A stretch of 63,787 bases of DNA, filler included, from Octopus bimaculoides (GCF_001194135.2; 6 parts of 6 records of this genome joined end to end with filler, not necessarily neighbours in it), one strand, 5' to 3'; positions 49,432-62,902 are shown, numbered from the whole stretch's first letter. Translations and numbers: made by a program. The notes: a model not told the origin generated them from the letters alone.

Positions 49432-49603
49432 CGCGTGACAACCGGTGTTGGTGTGTTTACACCCCCGTAACTTAGAATAAGTACCAAGCTTGAAAGAGAA
49501 ATAAAAAGTACTCCGGACGATTCATTCGACTAAAAATTCTTCAAGGCTGTGCCCCAGCATGGCCACAGTTTGATGACTGAAACAAGTAAAAAATAAAAGA
49601 TAA
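49432..49603 (+). mobile_element. SINE family B 3' half
   Basis: gacaaccggtgttggtgtgtttacacccccgtaacttag...gccccagcatggccacag...gaaacaagtaaaaaataaaag. Confidence 0.8.
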
Positions 49604-50046
49604 AAATCTTCAAACTTGCATGCTCTCACTCATGTTGTAATCCTAAAATTGGTTTAAGGCAAGGTTAGAAATCATATGCTCTGTAGTGTGGATTTCCTCA
49701 AATATTAATTGAAATATGCAAAACTAATGTTATATTTTGTATATAACTCGATATATACACAGTTTACTTAAAAATAATGCTCCGCAACCTTTTTTCACTT
49801 CCGGTACACTTATATTCTTTTCAAAATTCGCAGGCATACCTGAACTAAAAATATAACTAAAAATATAAGGAACAAAATTATATTCAGGTTACACTGCGGC
49901 ACACCTAGCATCGTCTCGTGACACACCAGTGTGCCTTCTTACTAAATCGGAGCTTACAAGACTCAGTCAGTTATGACAAAATCACAATCTTTCAGCTGTT
50001 AGACTCATGTGTTCTCTTTAGGTAGATACCACACCAGAAACAAACA

Positions 50047-50085
<39 letters not shown>

Positions 50086-50303
50086 ATAGATGTAAGTATG
50101 TACATATACGTGTGTAAATATGCATATATATATATATANNNNNNNNNNNNNNNNNNNNNNNNNNNNNNNNNNNNNNNNNNNNNNNNNNNNNNNNNNNNNN
50201 NNNNNNNNNNNNNNNNNNNNNNNNNNNNNNNNNNNNNNNNNNNNNNNNNNNNNNNNNNNNNNNNNNNNNNNNNNNNNNNNNNNNNNNNNNNNNNNNNNNN
50301 NNN

Positions 50304-50655
50304 NGCCTAAATAACAATCTTGAGAAATTAGGCTTCTCAAAACCAGAAAGGAGAAAGCTAAGACTACAGATCCAATCCATCACTGGAACTGTAAAAATCT
50401 GTAAAACTTTCCAGAAGTTTATCATTTAAATATATATATGAGCATGTCTAGATATGTAACTATATGCATGAGAATACATACATAAAACATATAAATCTGC
50501 ACATACATACATACATACATACATACATACATACATACAAAAATACCGTGTTGTTGCTGTTGAAATTCCAATGAAGGAACCTTGGATCTAGATTAGAAAC
50601 GGGTTCTTTCTCTATTGGCAAATCTTGAAATAAACTGAATAATGACATACATACA
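50304..50655 (+). mobile_element. 3' end of a probable R4/Dong-like RLE LINE with (CATA)n tail
   Basis: ORF end LNNNLEKLGFSKPERRKLRLQIQSITGTVKICKTFQKFII* resembles an RLE-LINE C-terminus. The UTR ends gaaataaactgaataatgacatacatacat. Confidence 0.55.
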
Positions 50656-50695
50656 TATATATGTACATATATGTATACATATATGTATACATATG

Positions 50696-51248
50696 CAGGG
50701 TGGCCACTGAAAATCGGAAAGGCTTGAAAAAGTCATAACTTGTTCGTTTTTAATTTTCTTTGATTTTATTTATTTATTATTTTTTTTGGTTTACATGTTA
50801 TAGAGGATTCCTTGGAGATTAAAATGGCTATGTATGATGTCCTGCAACGAGTAAAACTCAATGAGTTTTTCTATTCGAGTGAAAGATCAATTATTACAAA
50901 ATCAGAGAAAATGCCAGCAACGTTTTACTGTTAGAGTATCTCCTAGCAATAACATGATTCGGAACCTAATCGTCCGGTTTGAAAGGACTGCATCAGTCGG
51001 CGATCTTCCGAGAAGTCATAAGCGCACAGTGGAAGGTGTACAACAGAGTATCCTTGAGGATCCATCAGCCTCTACCCGTCGTCGCTCTGCTCAACTCATC
51101 GCCAGAACATCACTTCAGAAGATTCTGAAATTGGATTTTAAAGTGTTTCCAGCCAAATAAAATATTTTTAAAAAAAACAACAAAAAAAACATGTGTTTGT
51201 AAAAGTTATTTTCGTTTTATATCATTCAGTCTTTCAGTGGTCATCCTG
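50696..51248 (+). mobile_element. Internally deleted Tc1/mariner element (DUF4817-type HTH N-terminus)
   Basis: TIRs cagggtggccactgaaa / tttcagtggtcatcctg, followed by TA. Translation ...SPSNNMIRNLIVRFERTASVGD...EDPSASTRRRSAQL...LQKILKLD; the catalytic domain is absent. Confidence 0.85.
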
Positions 51249-51265
51249 TATATGTATGCATGTAA

Positions 51266-51296
<31 letters not shown>

Positions 51297-51299
51297 GAT

Positions 51300-51537
51300 C
51301 TATTTCAAAACGGGGGCACCAGTTTTCATTTATGTTTTATGTAGTGTTTTTGGTACCGAAAGACTTTCAAACTTCGTATACTTATCTATTTTGTGTTATA
51401 GAACAGAAAAAAAATTTTGTATTCGAATTTATTTCATGTAAAAAATTGTCTTATTTCGATAATTTCTACTAATCACTGACGTCTATTCAGTTGAAAACAG
51501 TTAGCGCTGTAACGGTGTATATCGTATTAATCCCCTA
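51300..51537. mobile_element. MITE arm related to the 21667-22091 foldback element
   Basis: Shares the collinear motifs ttcaaacttcgtatact / agaaca / ttatttcatgt / gataatttctactaatc. The rest is in the gap. Confidence 0.55.
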
Positions 51538-52453
51538 NNNNNNNNNNNNNNNNNNNNNNNNNNNNNNNNNNNNNNNNNNNNNNNNNNNNNNNNNNNNNNN
51601 NNNNNNNNNNNNNNNNNNNNNNNNNNNNNNNNNNNNNNNNNNNNNNNNNNNNNNNNNNNNNNNNNNNNNNNNNNNNNNNNNNNNNNNNNNNNNNNNNNNN
51701 NNNNNNNNNNNNNNNNNNNNNNNNNNNNNNNNNNNNNNNNNNNNNNNNNNNNNNNNNNNNNNNNNNNNNNNNNNNNNNNNNNNNNNNNNNNNNNNNNNNN
51801 NNNNNNNNNNNNNNNNNNNNNNNNNNNNNNNNNNNNNNNNNNNNNNNNNNNNNNNNNNNNNNNNNNNNNNNNNNNNNNNNNNNNNNNNNNNNNNNNNNNN
51901 NNNNNNNNNNNNNNNNNNNNNNNNNNNNNNNNNNNNNNNNNNNNNNNNNNNNNNNNNNNNNNNNNNNNNNNNNNNNNNNNNNNNNNNNNNNNNNNNNNNN
52001 NNNNNNNNNNNNNNNNNNNNNNNNNNNNNNNNNNNNNNNNNNNNNNNNNNNNNNNNNNNNNNNNNNNNNNNNNNNNNNNNNNNNNNNNNNNNNNNNNNNN
52101 NNNNNNNNNNNNNNNNNNNNNNNNNNNNNNNNNNNNNNNNNNNNNNNNNNNNNNNNNNNNNNNNNNNNNNNNNNNNNNNNNNNNNNNNNNNNNNNNNNNN
52201 NNNNNNNNNNNNNNNNNNNNNNNNNNNNNNNNNNNNNNNNNNNNNNNNNNNNNNNNNNNNNNNNNNNNNNNNNNNNNNNNNNNNNNNNNNNNNNNNNNNN
52301 NNNNNNNNNNNNNNNNNNNNNNNNNNNNNNNNNNNNNNNNNNNNNNNNNNNNNNNNNNNNNNNNNNNNNNNNNNNNNNNNNNNNNNNNNNNNNNNNNNNN
52401 NNNNNNNNNNNNNNNNNNNNNNNNNNNNNNNNNNNNNNNNNNNNNNNNNNNNN

Positions 52454-52488
<35 letters not shown>

Positions 52489-53169
52489 TTATATACATAT
52501 ATATATACATATATATATGTGTGTGTGTTTGTGTGTGTGTATGTATGTATATAACACACATACACACACACACATACACGAACACTGCAGGTACGCATCA
52601 TGTTCAAAATTAACGACGAATTTAACAACGGAAAAGGGTGAAAACAACGTTACCTTAAACGTTCAATAAGAAGAATTTGAAAGTGCATATATGTGTGTGT
52701 TCGTGTGTATATGTTCGTGCATGTATACATACATACATACATACATACATACATACATACATACACCTATGTATGTGTGTGTGTGTGCATGCGTGCATAC
52801 ATACAAATGAATATAGATACACACAGACAGACAGACACACATACATATGTATGTGTTAGTGCTCTCATTCTTCAAGAGACCAATCATAGCCTCTCTATAT
52901 ATTTACACTTTTCTACGATATTGAGTTCTTTATCATATTACTTGCAAACTGAAACCTTACACACACACACACACACACACATACATACACACACGCACAC
53001 GCACGCGCATTTATGCACGGTACTTACGTATGTACATACGTACATTCACACATATCAAAGACGGCGTTGACACGGCTGAGAGATTCTTCGCAGTGGGTTT
53101 TCCATCGGAAGTACCGACAAACATCCTAACCTGAATGGGTGGGCGAACTACAAAAACCACCACCACCAC

Positions 53170-53218
<49 letters not shown>

Positions 53219-53364
53219 CACCTACTACTACTACTACTACCACCACCACCACCACCACCACCACNNNNNNNNNNNNNNNNNNNNNNNNNNNNNNNNNNNN
53301 NNNNNNNNTTAATTAATTAANNNNNNNNNNNNNNNNNNNNNNNNNNNNNNNNNNNNNNNNNNNN

Positions 53365-53400
<36 letters not shown>

Positions 53401-53781
53401 TGTGTGTGTGTGTGTGTGCGTGTGTGTAAGTAAGTATATGTATGTGTGTGTGTGGATGTTACATGGCTATAATGGGTTGTAAAACCCAGTTGAGCGTGAG
53501 TTAAAGCCTGTGAATGGTATATATACACAGTGTATGACAGTATGATAGGCAAATATATATATATATATATATATANNNNNNNNNNNNNNNNNNNNNNNNN
53601 NNNNNNNNNNNNNNNNNNNNNNNNNNNNNNNNNNNNNNNNNNNNNNNNNNNNNNNNNNNNNNNNNNNNNNNNNNNNNNNNNNNNNNNNNNNNNNNNNNNN
53701 NNNNNNNNNNNNNNNNNNNNNNNNNNNNNNNNNNNNNNNNNNNNNNNNNNNNNNNNNNNNNNNNNNNNNNNNNNNNNNNNN

Positions 53782-54170
53782 CAAGAACACAAAACATTCA
53801 AACAGGTGATACAAAAATGGAACAACAAAACCTCCAGAGAGACAATTCAATGAAAACAAAGACGGGTCATTCCGAGTTTTCTTTCCCCAGATGAGTTCCA
53901 GATTATCTTTGCAATTTCGGCTGGTTTTACTTGAGATTGCTCCAATCTGCTCAGCCCGAAGAGAAAACTAATCTAAGAGCATTAGATTCCCTGGAAGAAA
54001 ACAGCGAATGTATACGAAAACAAGGATGGAAAAGAATAAACGGAGAATGTTACACAAATACAAATAACAGGACATAACAACAGGTATCTTCGACTAAGGG
54101 CGAATTAAATCAAGCTAGCATGTGTGGAAATATAGCCTTATGGCAGAGATAGAAGATTTCACATGTACAT
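53782..54170. mobile_element. Repeat family F, second copy (inverted relative to 16111-16520)
   Basis: gacgggtcattccgagttttctttcc...ctaatctaagagcattagattcc...gttacacaaatacaaataacaggacataacaacagg matches the reverse complement of the first copy. Confidence 0.8.
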
Positions 54171-54319
54171 AGAGGAATCTTGATGTTGCACGGACGACTG
54201 CCAAAACAAGAAAGAAAGGACAGGCTTGGCCGAACACCGGTCACGTGGGGAGAGTAAAGAAAGAGGTAGAGCCAGAGAGACAGAAGAATTACGGAGGGGT
54301 GAGAAAAAATGACAGGGAC

Positions 54320-54352
<33 letters not shown>

Positions 54353-54424
54353 ACAGCATGACTATACAATAATGCATCACGCTATGAGGGACTCTAAGGT
54401 CAGACTACCATAAAAAAACACATT

Positions 54425-54931
54425 TTTACCGAGCACTCATTCACGCTCTGCGCGCGATTAGACTCGCAGAGTTTGTGAGTAAGCCATCTATCCAATTTGC
54501 TGACTTTCCCGATGGCATGCAGATGTCAATAAATTGTTGAATGACCAAATCCAAGCTTCTCTGCTAGGTTCTCAACAGTAACGAAGGGATTTTGTTCCAC
54601 CAGGTTTTGCAGGACGTCCTCATCGAGCCCTACATATTTTCCAGTACGCCGCTCGCTTTCTAGGCTGTAGTTTCCGGCTCGGAATTTCTGGAACCACCGT
54701 CGAAATTGGTTATTGTCCGATCCCCATATACTGCATTACTATTCCTCGGACTTTCCGTTGCATTGTTGCCATAGTTGAACTCATAAAGCAAAATATGTCG
54801 AATATACTCCTGGACAATGTGTACTTAGTACCTGCATTCATTTCAAGTTGATGCAGGTAGTTTATACCATCACGTTTCGACTTTTAGTTCATGCAATGGA
54901 CAAAATCCGCATTATTTATTGGATGACCTAA
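54425..54931 (-). mobile_element. 5' half of a mariner (Hsmar1/cecropia-like) transposon
   Basis: TIR (TA)ttaggtcatccaataaataatgcgg resembles Hsmar1 TTAGGTTGGTGCAAAAGTAATTGCGG. Translation EYIRHILLYEFNYGNNATES...RRWFQKFRAGNYSLE...LAEKLG..HSTI..HLHAIGKVSKLDRW. Confidence 0.9.
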
Positions 54932-55349
54932 TATATATGCATATACACATACATCCTTACATATATTCATACTTGCATACATACATACATGCTTACAAAC
55001 ACACGCCCCGTCAAATCTATGTCAGTCCTTTTATCCTTGGCAAGTGATTGAAGACAACTTCGAATCGGTGCATACATTGTTGTAGAAACTGTGTAGTCAG
55101 AAAATAAGTAGATTTTCCGATTGATTGTATCTGTACTTCCGTTATGGCATAATATGTCGTGCTCTTGTAATTAAGACTTATGTAAGGTTTTCGTTTGTCT
55201 GTAGATAATTCAACCACTTCGCTTTCATATCGATTCAATTCGAAGTTAATACGTTGAAACCAATGATAGAGGCTATCAGGCACATGTGCTTGCGTGCACG
55301 CACACGCAAAAAAGGATGATGAGATTCTCATAGTACATAAAGTAAACCG

Positions 55350-57400
55350 TTCCAAAAATTAGACGTAGACTTAAAAAAATGCAGATGCGTATAAATTACA
55401 CCAAGCAATTAGAAGTATTTCAGATATAGTGGCGCAGCAGCGTATATGATAATTTCACAGAACGCCTATTAAATATATATGTAGATGTTAGTATGTGTGT
55501 ATATATCTTTAGTATCAGATACGTTCATATGTATATGCATTTTTCTAACTTACTTAATCCCATAAACTATTAATAAATTGAAGCTGTTAAATTCAATAAT
55601 AAATGAAACTATCTGTAACACAATATAACTTTTAGTTTGTTCTGTTTTATCACTAATATCCTTTTGTTTCGCCGAACACTTGATTTATTTGACTTATCGA
55701 GGCAAAATACAACAAATCAATAAATTCTTGTTGCATTACTGGACAGAAGACACGTTCAGCTTTGAAAATGATCTGTTTTGCTAGACAACTTACTGTATTT
55801 GGCACAAGCTGGAATAGAACCGATGTATAAACACGTTCCTCTTCTCGAGAATGTAACAAAATATCAAAGAACCGTGTCAATCGACATCAATTGATGCATA
55901 TTCATGCAACATAGTGTTCTGAAAGATATTTAGTCATTAACGTAGCATGGTATATAATCTGGTAATTGCTTCCTAAGTGTGAGCTTATGTTCTTTTATTG
56001 GTTATAAATTAGTCTATAAATGATCTTGTATTTCGCCACATACATTTTGTAGATTAACCTCGACTGTATGCATATTTTTACCTTATTAACGTCGATGATA
56101 GGAACAAGAATCTGCATATAAATTAACCGCTCTATTGCCTTTTACTTTTGATTGATTTAATATTTCATGTAACTTTTCAGTTCTAAATTATAGCTTCCGC
56201 TTGTTATATGGCATACAAAATTTCACATAAATACTAAATCGTAACCTATAATTTCAAAGAATCACAGGACTACACCTAATGAAATCAGTTGTATTCATAT
56301 TGAGGGAGAAGCATGGCAGATTTATTGAAATGCCTGAAAAATCATAGCACTGAAATAAATCTTCTAAATAAATTACTTTATATATTAATCATACTAATTT
56401 CCAATTCCAGTGCAGTGGGCGTTTGATTCCATCCCTCTTCGTTTAGATAAATTGCATCCCTTTAATACGTTTGTATCTAGCCAATATACGGTACCATTTG
56501 GCCTAAGGTTATTGAAAACTGAAGCATCACCAGTCAGTCGAGCAAATAAAAGTAGTAACAAGGAGACCTCCTACCAACATCATGCTAGCCTTTTTACAAT
56601 TATTAAATATCTTGGTTAACCTACTCGTGTCCGAAATGCAGGTCGGGTTCTCATAATTTGAAGAAATGTTGTTCTTTGTTTGTGAAGGATATACTTTCGT
56701 TATAGAAAATTGTAGATGCTGGGTGTAAATAAATTCCATGGTTAAACATGAAAAATGTAAACAGTCCTGGCGTGTTATGCATGAAATAGTGAAAATACTC
56801 ACAGAAATATATATAGGCAATATGAAACAAGAAGCATTTATACATACAAAGAAACTACACATTACGAAGCAATGATATGGAAAGTCTTACATTTCTTATT
56901 CACTACTGAATTTAAACGACAAACCTGAACATTGACTCGTCGTACAAAACAATGGTCATCAAACTACGAAATCTAGCACACGCTACTTAAACGAATATAA
57001 GAAAGTCAGGAATGCTACGGTACAAAATATATATAATGAAAGGAACACATTTATGAAAGGACAATATCTTCCTTCGTCACATATTACGTATCTGCCTTGC
57101 ATTATATGAAACAAAGTGCATGCCTATCATATTTCCAATGAATGTCGAAAGCAAATTCCTATAAGACTTTGCATACATCATATCATAGGTGCAACTAAAT
57201 AATGAAAATGACATTCCAGCATTAACAACGTACAATGTTACATACAATATCAAAGTATTCAAAAGAAATGAGGATATTGAAAATATAATGATACAGCAAC
57301 GTGTATATCAACCCACTAGATTATATGCACCAACGGTCAAATGTTTCCAAGCACTGGTACTGAGAAACTTTACTGACCCAAATGCGTAATGACAAACAAA
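55350..57400 (+). mobile_element. Heavily decayed Penelope-like element (RT and GIY-YIG remnants)
   Basis: Scattered motifs in the expected order: SLF..TNI (cf. SLYTNIP), FSFENDLFC*TT..TVFGT (cf. Q..GTAMGT), ERYL...YIIW (cf. RYLDD.FI.W), VTRRPPTN, KC..C, IYIGN. Many stops and frameshifts. Confidence 0.5.
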
Positions 57401-57829
57401 AAACATATTTCTCGTTATGTTCTAAACGATGTACACTAATGAGTACACATACCACAAGGGGCTGGCCACATATCCTCACTAGACATCAGTTTCAACCATT
57501 TGGTTAATATTACTTCTACTTCCTATTTATCTCTCTCTCTATATATATACACACGAATAAACGTAATCGCTGTAATATATATATANNNNNNNNNNNNNNN
57601 NNNNNNNNNNNNNNNNNNNNNNNNNNNNNNNNNNNNNNNNNNNNNNNNNNNNNNNNNNNNNNNNNNNNNNNNNNNNNNNNNNNNNNNNNNNNNNNNNNNN
57701 NNNNNNNNNNNNNNNNNNNNNNNNNNNNNNNNNNNNNNNNNNNNNNNNNNNNNNNNNNNNNNNNNNNNNNNNNNNNNNNNNNNNNNNNNNNNNNNNNNNN
57801 NNNNNNNNNNNNNNNNNNNNNNNNNNNNN

Positions 57830-58160
57830 CAAATCGACCCCAGGACTTATTCTTTGGAAGCCTAGTACTTATTCTATCGGTCTCTTTTGCCGAACCGCTA
57901 AGTTACGGTGACATAAACACACCAGCGTCGGTTGTCAAGCGATGTTGGGGGGGACAAACACAGACATACAAACACATACACACATACATATATATATACA
58001 TATATACGACAGGCTTCTTTCAGTTTCCGTCTACCAAATCCACTCACAAGGCTTTGGTCGGCCCGAGGCTATAGTAGAAGACACTTGCCCAAGATGCCAC
58101 GCAGTGGGACTGAACCCGGGACCATTTGGTTGGTAAGCAAGCTACTTACCACACAGCCAC
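57830..58160 (-). mobile_element. SINE family B (3' tail lost in gap)
   Basis: Collinear match to the 7102 and 17257 copies, ending cttaccacacagccact. Confidence 0.9.
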
Positions 58161-58934
58161 TGAAAAAAGTAGAAGCTAACAAATAACTTATCCCACTCAG
58201 TATTGGGTTTGTACAAATCATAAAATCGTTAAACTCAACAATAATCAAATCGAAAATAAATCGCGAAACGCAGAAACCAGCAAAAACCTTTTCCAACTTA
58301 AAACATAGGCAGACATAAAAAAGAATAAGCGAAAAGCAAGTATCCGCACAACCGGCTCTAACAACGGCCGCATCACATACACGTCAGAATAAAATTGCCA
58401 GGTTACACATCGGCATTCCAAATCCAAAGACGCATCCTTGTAAAATACTTTTACAGATAGACACGTAAAATAATATTACGACAGGAAGAAAACACGCGAA
58501 TTATGCTCTTCCCACTTATATTATGATATCGAATCCGCTTATTTATGAAACACCAATGCAATTAAATCTCAACTCCAGTAAAATCAGATTATGTCAAAAT
58601 ATCAAATAGATATGTTGACTACTTAGGAACTGGATGAACTAGTAATCAACGAGTAAAATTACTCCAATCAAAAGTCAACGGGAGATTGATTTTGCTATTA
58701 CTCGATCTAACAGATGTATCAGAAATACTTCTTCCAAATAGTGTGTGAAATCTTTAACATAGAATACCAAAATGTACAACATAATTTACATACATTGTTT
58801 TTATTATTTTATTTATGTATGTTATGGTGCTGAAATGCTAAGAACACTTCATAAAGAATAAATAAGTCACAAACTGTGAGGAAATGGGTGTGGTATTTTT
58901 TCTAAAACGATATTACAGCTGTAACTAAAAGTGC

Positions 58935-59490
58935 TTCTCAGTCTGCCACATGGTCCAGGCGGACAAAATGTAAAAGGCGTTTCCCCGGAGGATGTTGAGG
59001 AAGACACTCATGCAGATAGCCGTCCCTTCCACGATAACAATGAACAAGGATGTAGTTCGGGTCCAAGAAGGCCGGAGGTCTTCCCTACCACAGACGCGGC
59101 CACAAATCTGTCAAAGAGAGTTCAATACATTAACAGTTTATTCTTCTCGGCTTCACGAGTAGCAAAACCTCGGCTGGCTGCCGAACGTGCTAGGTTGCTG
59201 CAGGAGTAGGTGTTGCAGCATGTGGGATCCAAGATAAAAGGTCTACCATCACGGAAGGGGAAAATTATCATACCGTCTGGCTTTTTACCGACTTCTCTGT
59301 CCAGCTCTCTCACTCGAACTGGGAACGGAAACCTGCGGCATCTGGGCCATGATTTATGATCTTAGTGAGTGCAGCATTGCGTGGATGGCCAGCACGATTA
59401 TGACTTGACAATAGGTGGAAGCCGAAAGAAGCTACAATGGATCAGCATTTGTGAGGCTCACAGATCCAAAATTTAAGCCTCAGGGAAACA
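58935..59490 (-). mobile_element. 3' fragment of a CRE-clade RLE non-LTR retrotransposon
   Basis: Frameshifted translation VSLRL..ICEPHKC..GFHLLS..RAGHPRNAAL..IIN..DAAGF.SQ / ELDREVGKKPDG..FPFRDGRP..D.TC / EAEKNK..Y / TSGLLGP / ILRGNAF.ILSA matches the CRE zinc knuckle + RLE pattern. Confidence 0.85.
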
Positions 59491-60187
59491 TCGATCGTTT
59501 TTTGTTTTAGAAATGTTAGCGCGTTGGACACAAAGGATAGTGGCATTGCCTTGGACTCTTTACGTTCTACGTTTACATCCCACCTTATCTATGCTTTTCT
59601 TCATTTCGGAATCGATAAAAATAAAATAACTATGAATTGGTGGTGCGCTCACCTCCAAATTGCTAGCTTCGTTCTGAAAGTAGGAGATGTGTTACAAATA
59701 ATAAAGCAAGGAATAATTATATCATTACTTTAAAAATGGAATAATAATTGAAATATTTCATAGATTCCGTTTATTGCTGCAAGGTATCATGTTTCACACT
59801 ATAAATACCAAAAGTCTTATTTCTAGAAGAAACGTTGTCTTAATTGGGATTCCAATAAAGTACTTATATTAATATATTAGTAAGCATAACTTAATGGTCA
59901 GAAAATTAGTTTGCGTACGCCCATTCAAGAATAATTAAGGACTGTCTATATATCTATTGTGTTTTGTCAGAGATGTAAGGATTCGTGCTATTAACTTTAT
60001 TTGATTAATTTTATATTGTCAAAAACCTGTCGCTGGTAAACACTCAATGACTGACCATATGATATATGTTCTTTCAATGATTATAGCTGACAGAAATATG
60101 ACTAATTTCTCTCGGATACTGATACAGAGTTCCTGGAGATGCTAACATTACAACCTAAATCCTTTCAAATGCACCCAGGCGCCTTAA

Positions 60188-62500
60188 CCCATTAATACCC
60201 GAAACAAAAATTTGAAGTTTTTTGTCATATTCACATACGTTGTATATTTTGTGTATTTCAGAAGTTCATAACAAAATTTTATGAATATTATAACAGTCAA
60301 GTTGTTTTTAGACCCGTATGATGTATCATACGCTGTGTATGAAGGGTTAAAATTTTGAAATAAGGATGAAGAAATTGTTTTAAAATCTCATTTGCTTTAC
60401 AAAACATTTTTAATTATAAGTAAATATAATATTTCTAAGACGAATACCATTTTTGATGAAAATGAATAAAGCATATGCCAAGATGTAGGCCTATATTGCA
60501 TTTGATGCAAACAAATTTGATGCATTTTCCAGAAGCTACACATCGCCTTTGAGTTTCAATTTTGTTGACAAGGTGGTCTCTGTTATCGAAACGTACCCCT
60601 TGCGGAACTTGCTTCTTTGTTTTAGGACTTACCACTATTTTCTTTTCTAATTCTGGTGCAGCAAGCAATGCAGTAACTATTTGCCTTGTAAATTCCAGTA
60701 GAAAAATATTCCTCTGAATACAGCGGAAAGGAATCCATAGATTTACAATGCTTCCGTTGAAGGAAAATCTAAACAAAGGCTTGTACCATTTTCTTGATCG
60801 TATTCTAATTCGACAATGAACTCTCAATTTGTCAAATAGATCGACACCTCCAATTTATATGTTGTATAGCTTCACGATATTTGGTTGAAGTACAGGTGCT
60901 GTATTTCGCTCAGATTATTTTTTCTTCGTTTATAGATGTCAACATCAAAAAACTTCCCGTCTTTCAAATTGGTTACAAGTTTTACTTGGTTATTATCATA
61001 CCATCTTAGGAGAGTAATTCCATCCTCAAATGCACAGCAAGTGCCATGCGCATCTTTACTTATATCCTGTAGCGGTGCCTTTTATTTTCTATCATTTCGT
61101 ATAGTCCCAACGGAAATGAGACCATTGTTTGATAAGGCATCCATCAAATGTAAAGAACTAAAATAGTTGTCCATATAAATGCATGGTTCTAATGTTACAA
61201 ATTCTAAACATAATTTTTCGGTAACTGAAGAAACAAGTGTTTTACCTGCAATTTTATCTCATGCACATGTGTTAGGATAGAATTTCACTAAGAATCCATG
61301 TGGTCTGACACAGCACCAAACCTTGAAACCATAACGTATGAGTTTCCTTCTTATAGACTGCTTCATGCCATGATGCACATAATAAGGTTCCATTGCTTCA
61401 TCAAAAGAGAAATGGTTACTCATTGGTTCTAAAAATTGGTTCTAAAAATACGCGAGCTGGCAGAAACGTTAGCGGGCCGGGCGAACTGCCTAGCGGTATT
61501 TTGTCTGCCGTCTGCCGTTACGTGCTGAGTTCAAATTCCGCCGAGCTCGACTTTGCCTTTCGTCCTTTCGGGGTCGATTAAATAAGTACCAGTTACGCAC
61601 CAAGGATCGACGTAATCGGCTTAATCCTTTGTCTGTCCTTCTCTATTCCCTCAATGTTTAGCCCCTTGTGGGCAATAAAAAAATTTAAAAAATAATAAAA
61701 GAATCCTAACATTATAGACTTTATCACAAGAATCGACTTTACTGTTTTCGTTGAAATGCCGATATTGATGTATTTTCTGAAACTTATTTCTATGAACCTG
61801 CATGACTAACTAAATGGTTGTTTGAATCGGATCTAGTCTCCCTGTACATTTTTCTGCAGGTTAGTTTGCTGTAGCACGACAATAGAATTCCAAAATGCTT
61901 GTAAAGATCCTTGTCAGACAAAGTATACTGAAAACTCTCTTTCTTGTGCGGCATATTTAAAAGTTTCTCTGCAAATGCGATTCATAATATCTTTCGAGAA
62001 GCACTCCGTGAAGACGTCAGTTGGCTCAAACGTGTTCCTAAATTTAGTTGTAAATTTAGTTGTAAGGTCAGTTACACTGGAATCACAACCATACTTTGCA
62101 GAGGACTGTTTCAACGGTTTATTATTACATTTACGAGACCTTTTCTTTGTGTGACAACAGTACTTCTTAGCAGAACTTGGTTTCATCTCCTTGTCTAACC
62201 CGAGAACCTCAACACCAGCTATAGTATATAGCCTATAGTACACGCCTATCGTATACAGGCTCTAATCTCACCTTTCTCTGCAAAATTACTGAAGATCCTT
62301 CGCAGTCACTTGAAGCATTATCTTTATCTGAATCGTCGCTATCAGTTGGTGGATGAAGTACAAGTTGAAGCTCATCAGCATTATCAATTTCTTCAAGAAA
62401 AAGTTCAGTATCATCACCGGATGTGATTGTATTAAGGATTTCTTCGGTGTCTCTTTCACTATCAAGTTTTCTCGGAGGCTTATTTAACTATCTTGAAATA
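60188..62500 (-). mobile_element. Decayed piggyBac transposon (PGBD-type transposase)
   Basis: TTAA+CCC end at 60184-60190. Minus-strand fragments: acidic N-terminus, GILLS.Y..L..RKMY, RNKFQKIH..HF, SFDEAMEPY..HHGMKQ.IR.K.IRYGFKVWC, YMDNYFSS..L, GTIR.DR, GGVDLFD, and a Cys-rich end RRC..C.KC.IGLH..CF..FH. The other end is probably in the gap. Confidence 0.92.
61451..61685 (+). mobile_element. SINE family A inserted in the piggyBac ORF
   Basis: Full family A sequence interrupting the transposase just upstream of the FLEPMSNHFSFDEAM codons. Confidence 0.92.
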
Positions 62501-62619
62501 AGAATTAGATATATATATANNNNNNNNNNNNNNNNNNNNNNNNNNNNNNNNNNNNNNNNNNNNTTAATTAATTAANNNNNNNNNNNNNNNNNNNNNNNNN
62601 NNNNNNNNNNNNNNNNNNN

Positions 62620-62663
<44 letters not shown>

Positions 62664-62902
62664 CGAAAGCGGGAAATATTTGAAGGCTGCCATAAAAGTA
62701 AATGAAAACAGAACGGGTGCTCTAGAAATAAATGTTTTTTTATAAGATCAAAAATATAACTGGATTATAAGTGAGAGATAACATTTCAGTCAAAGCAACC
62801 GCCCTTTAGTTCCANNNNNNNNNNCAGCCTCTATGCAGCACAGAAACCTCACAATGTATCAAAGAAAAGGTTTGAAAATCACATCCATCTTGGCCAGCAA
62901 TT

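Noticed and set aside
55017-55355. 112-codon minus-strand ORF with protein-like composition
   Set aside because: No recognisable family, weak splice signals, and it abuts a decayed Penelope element on the opposite strand.
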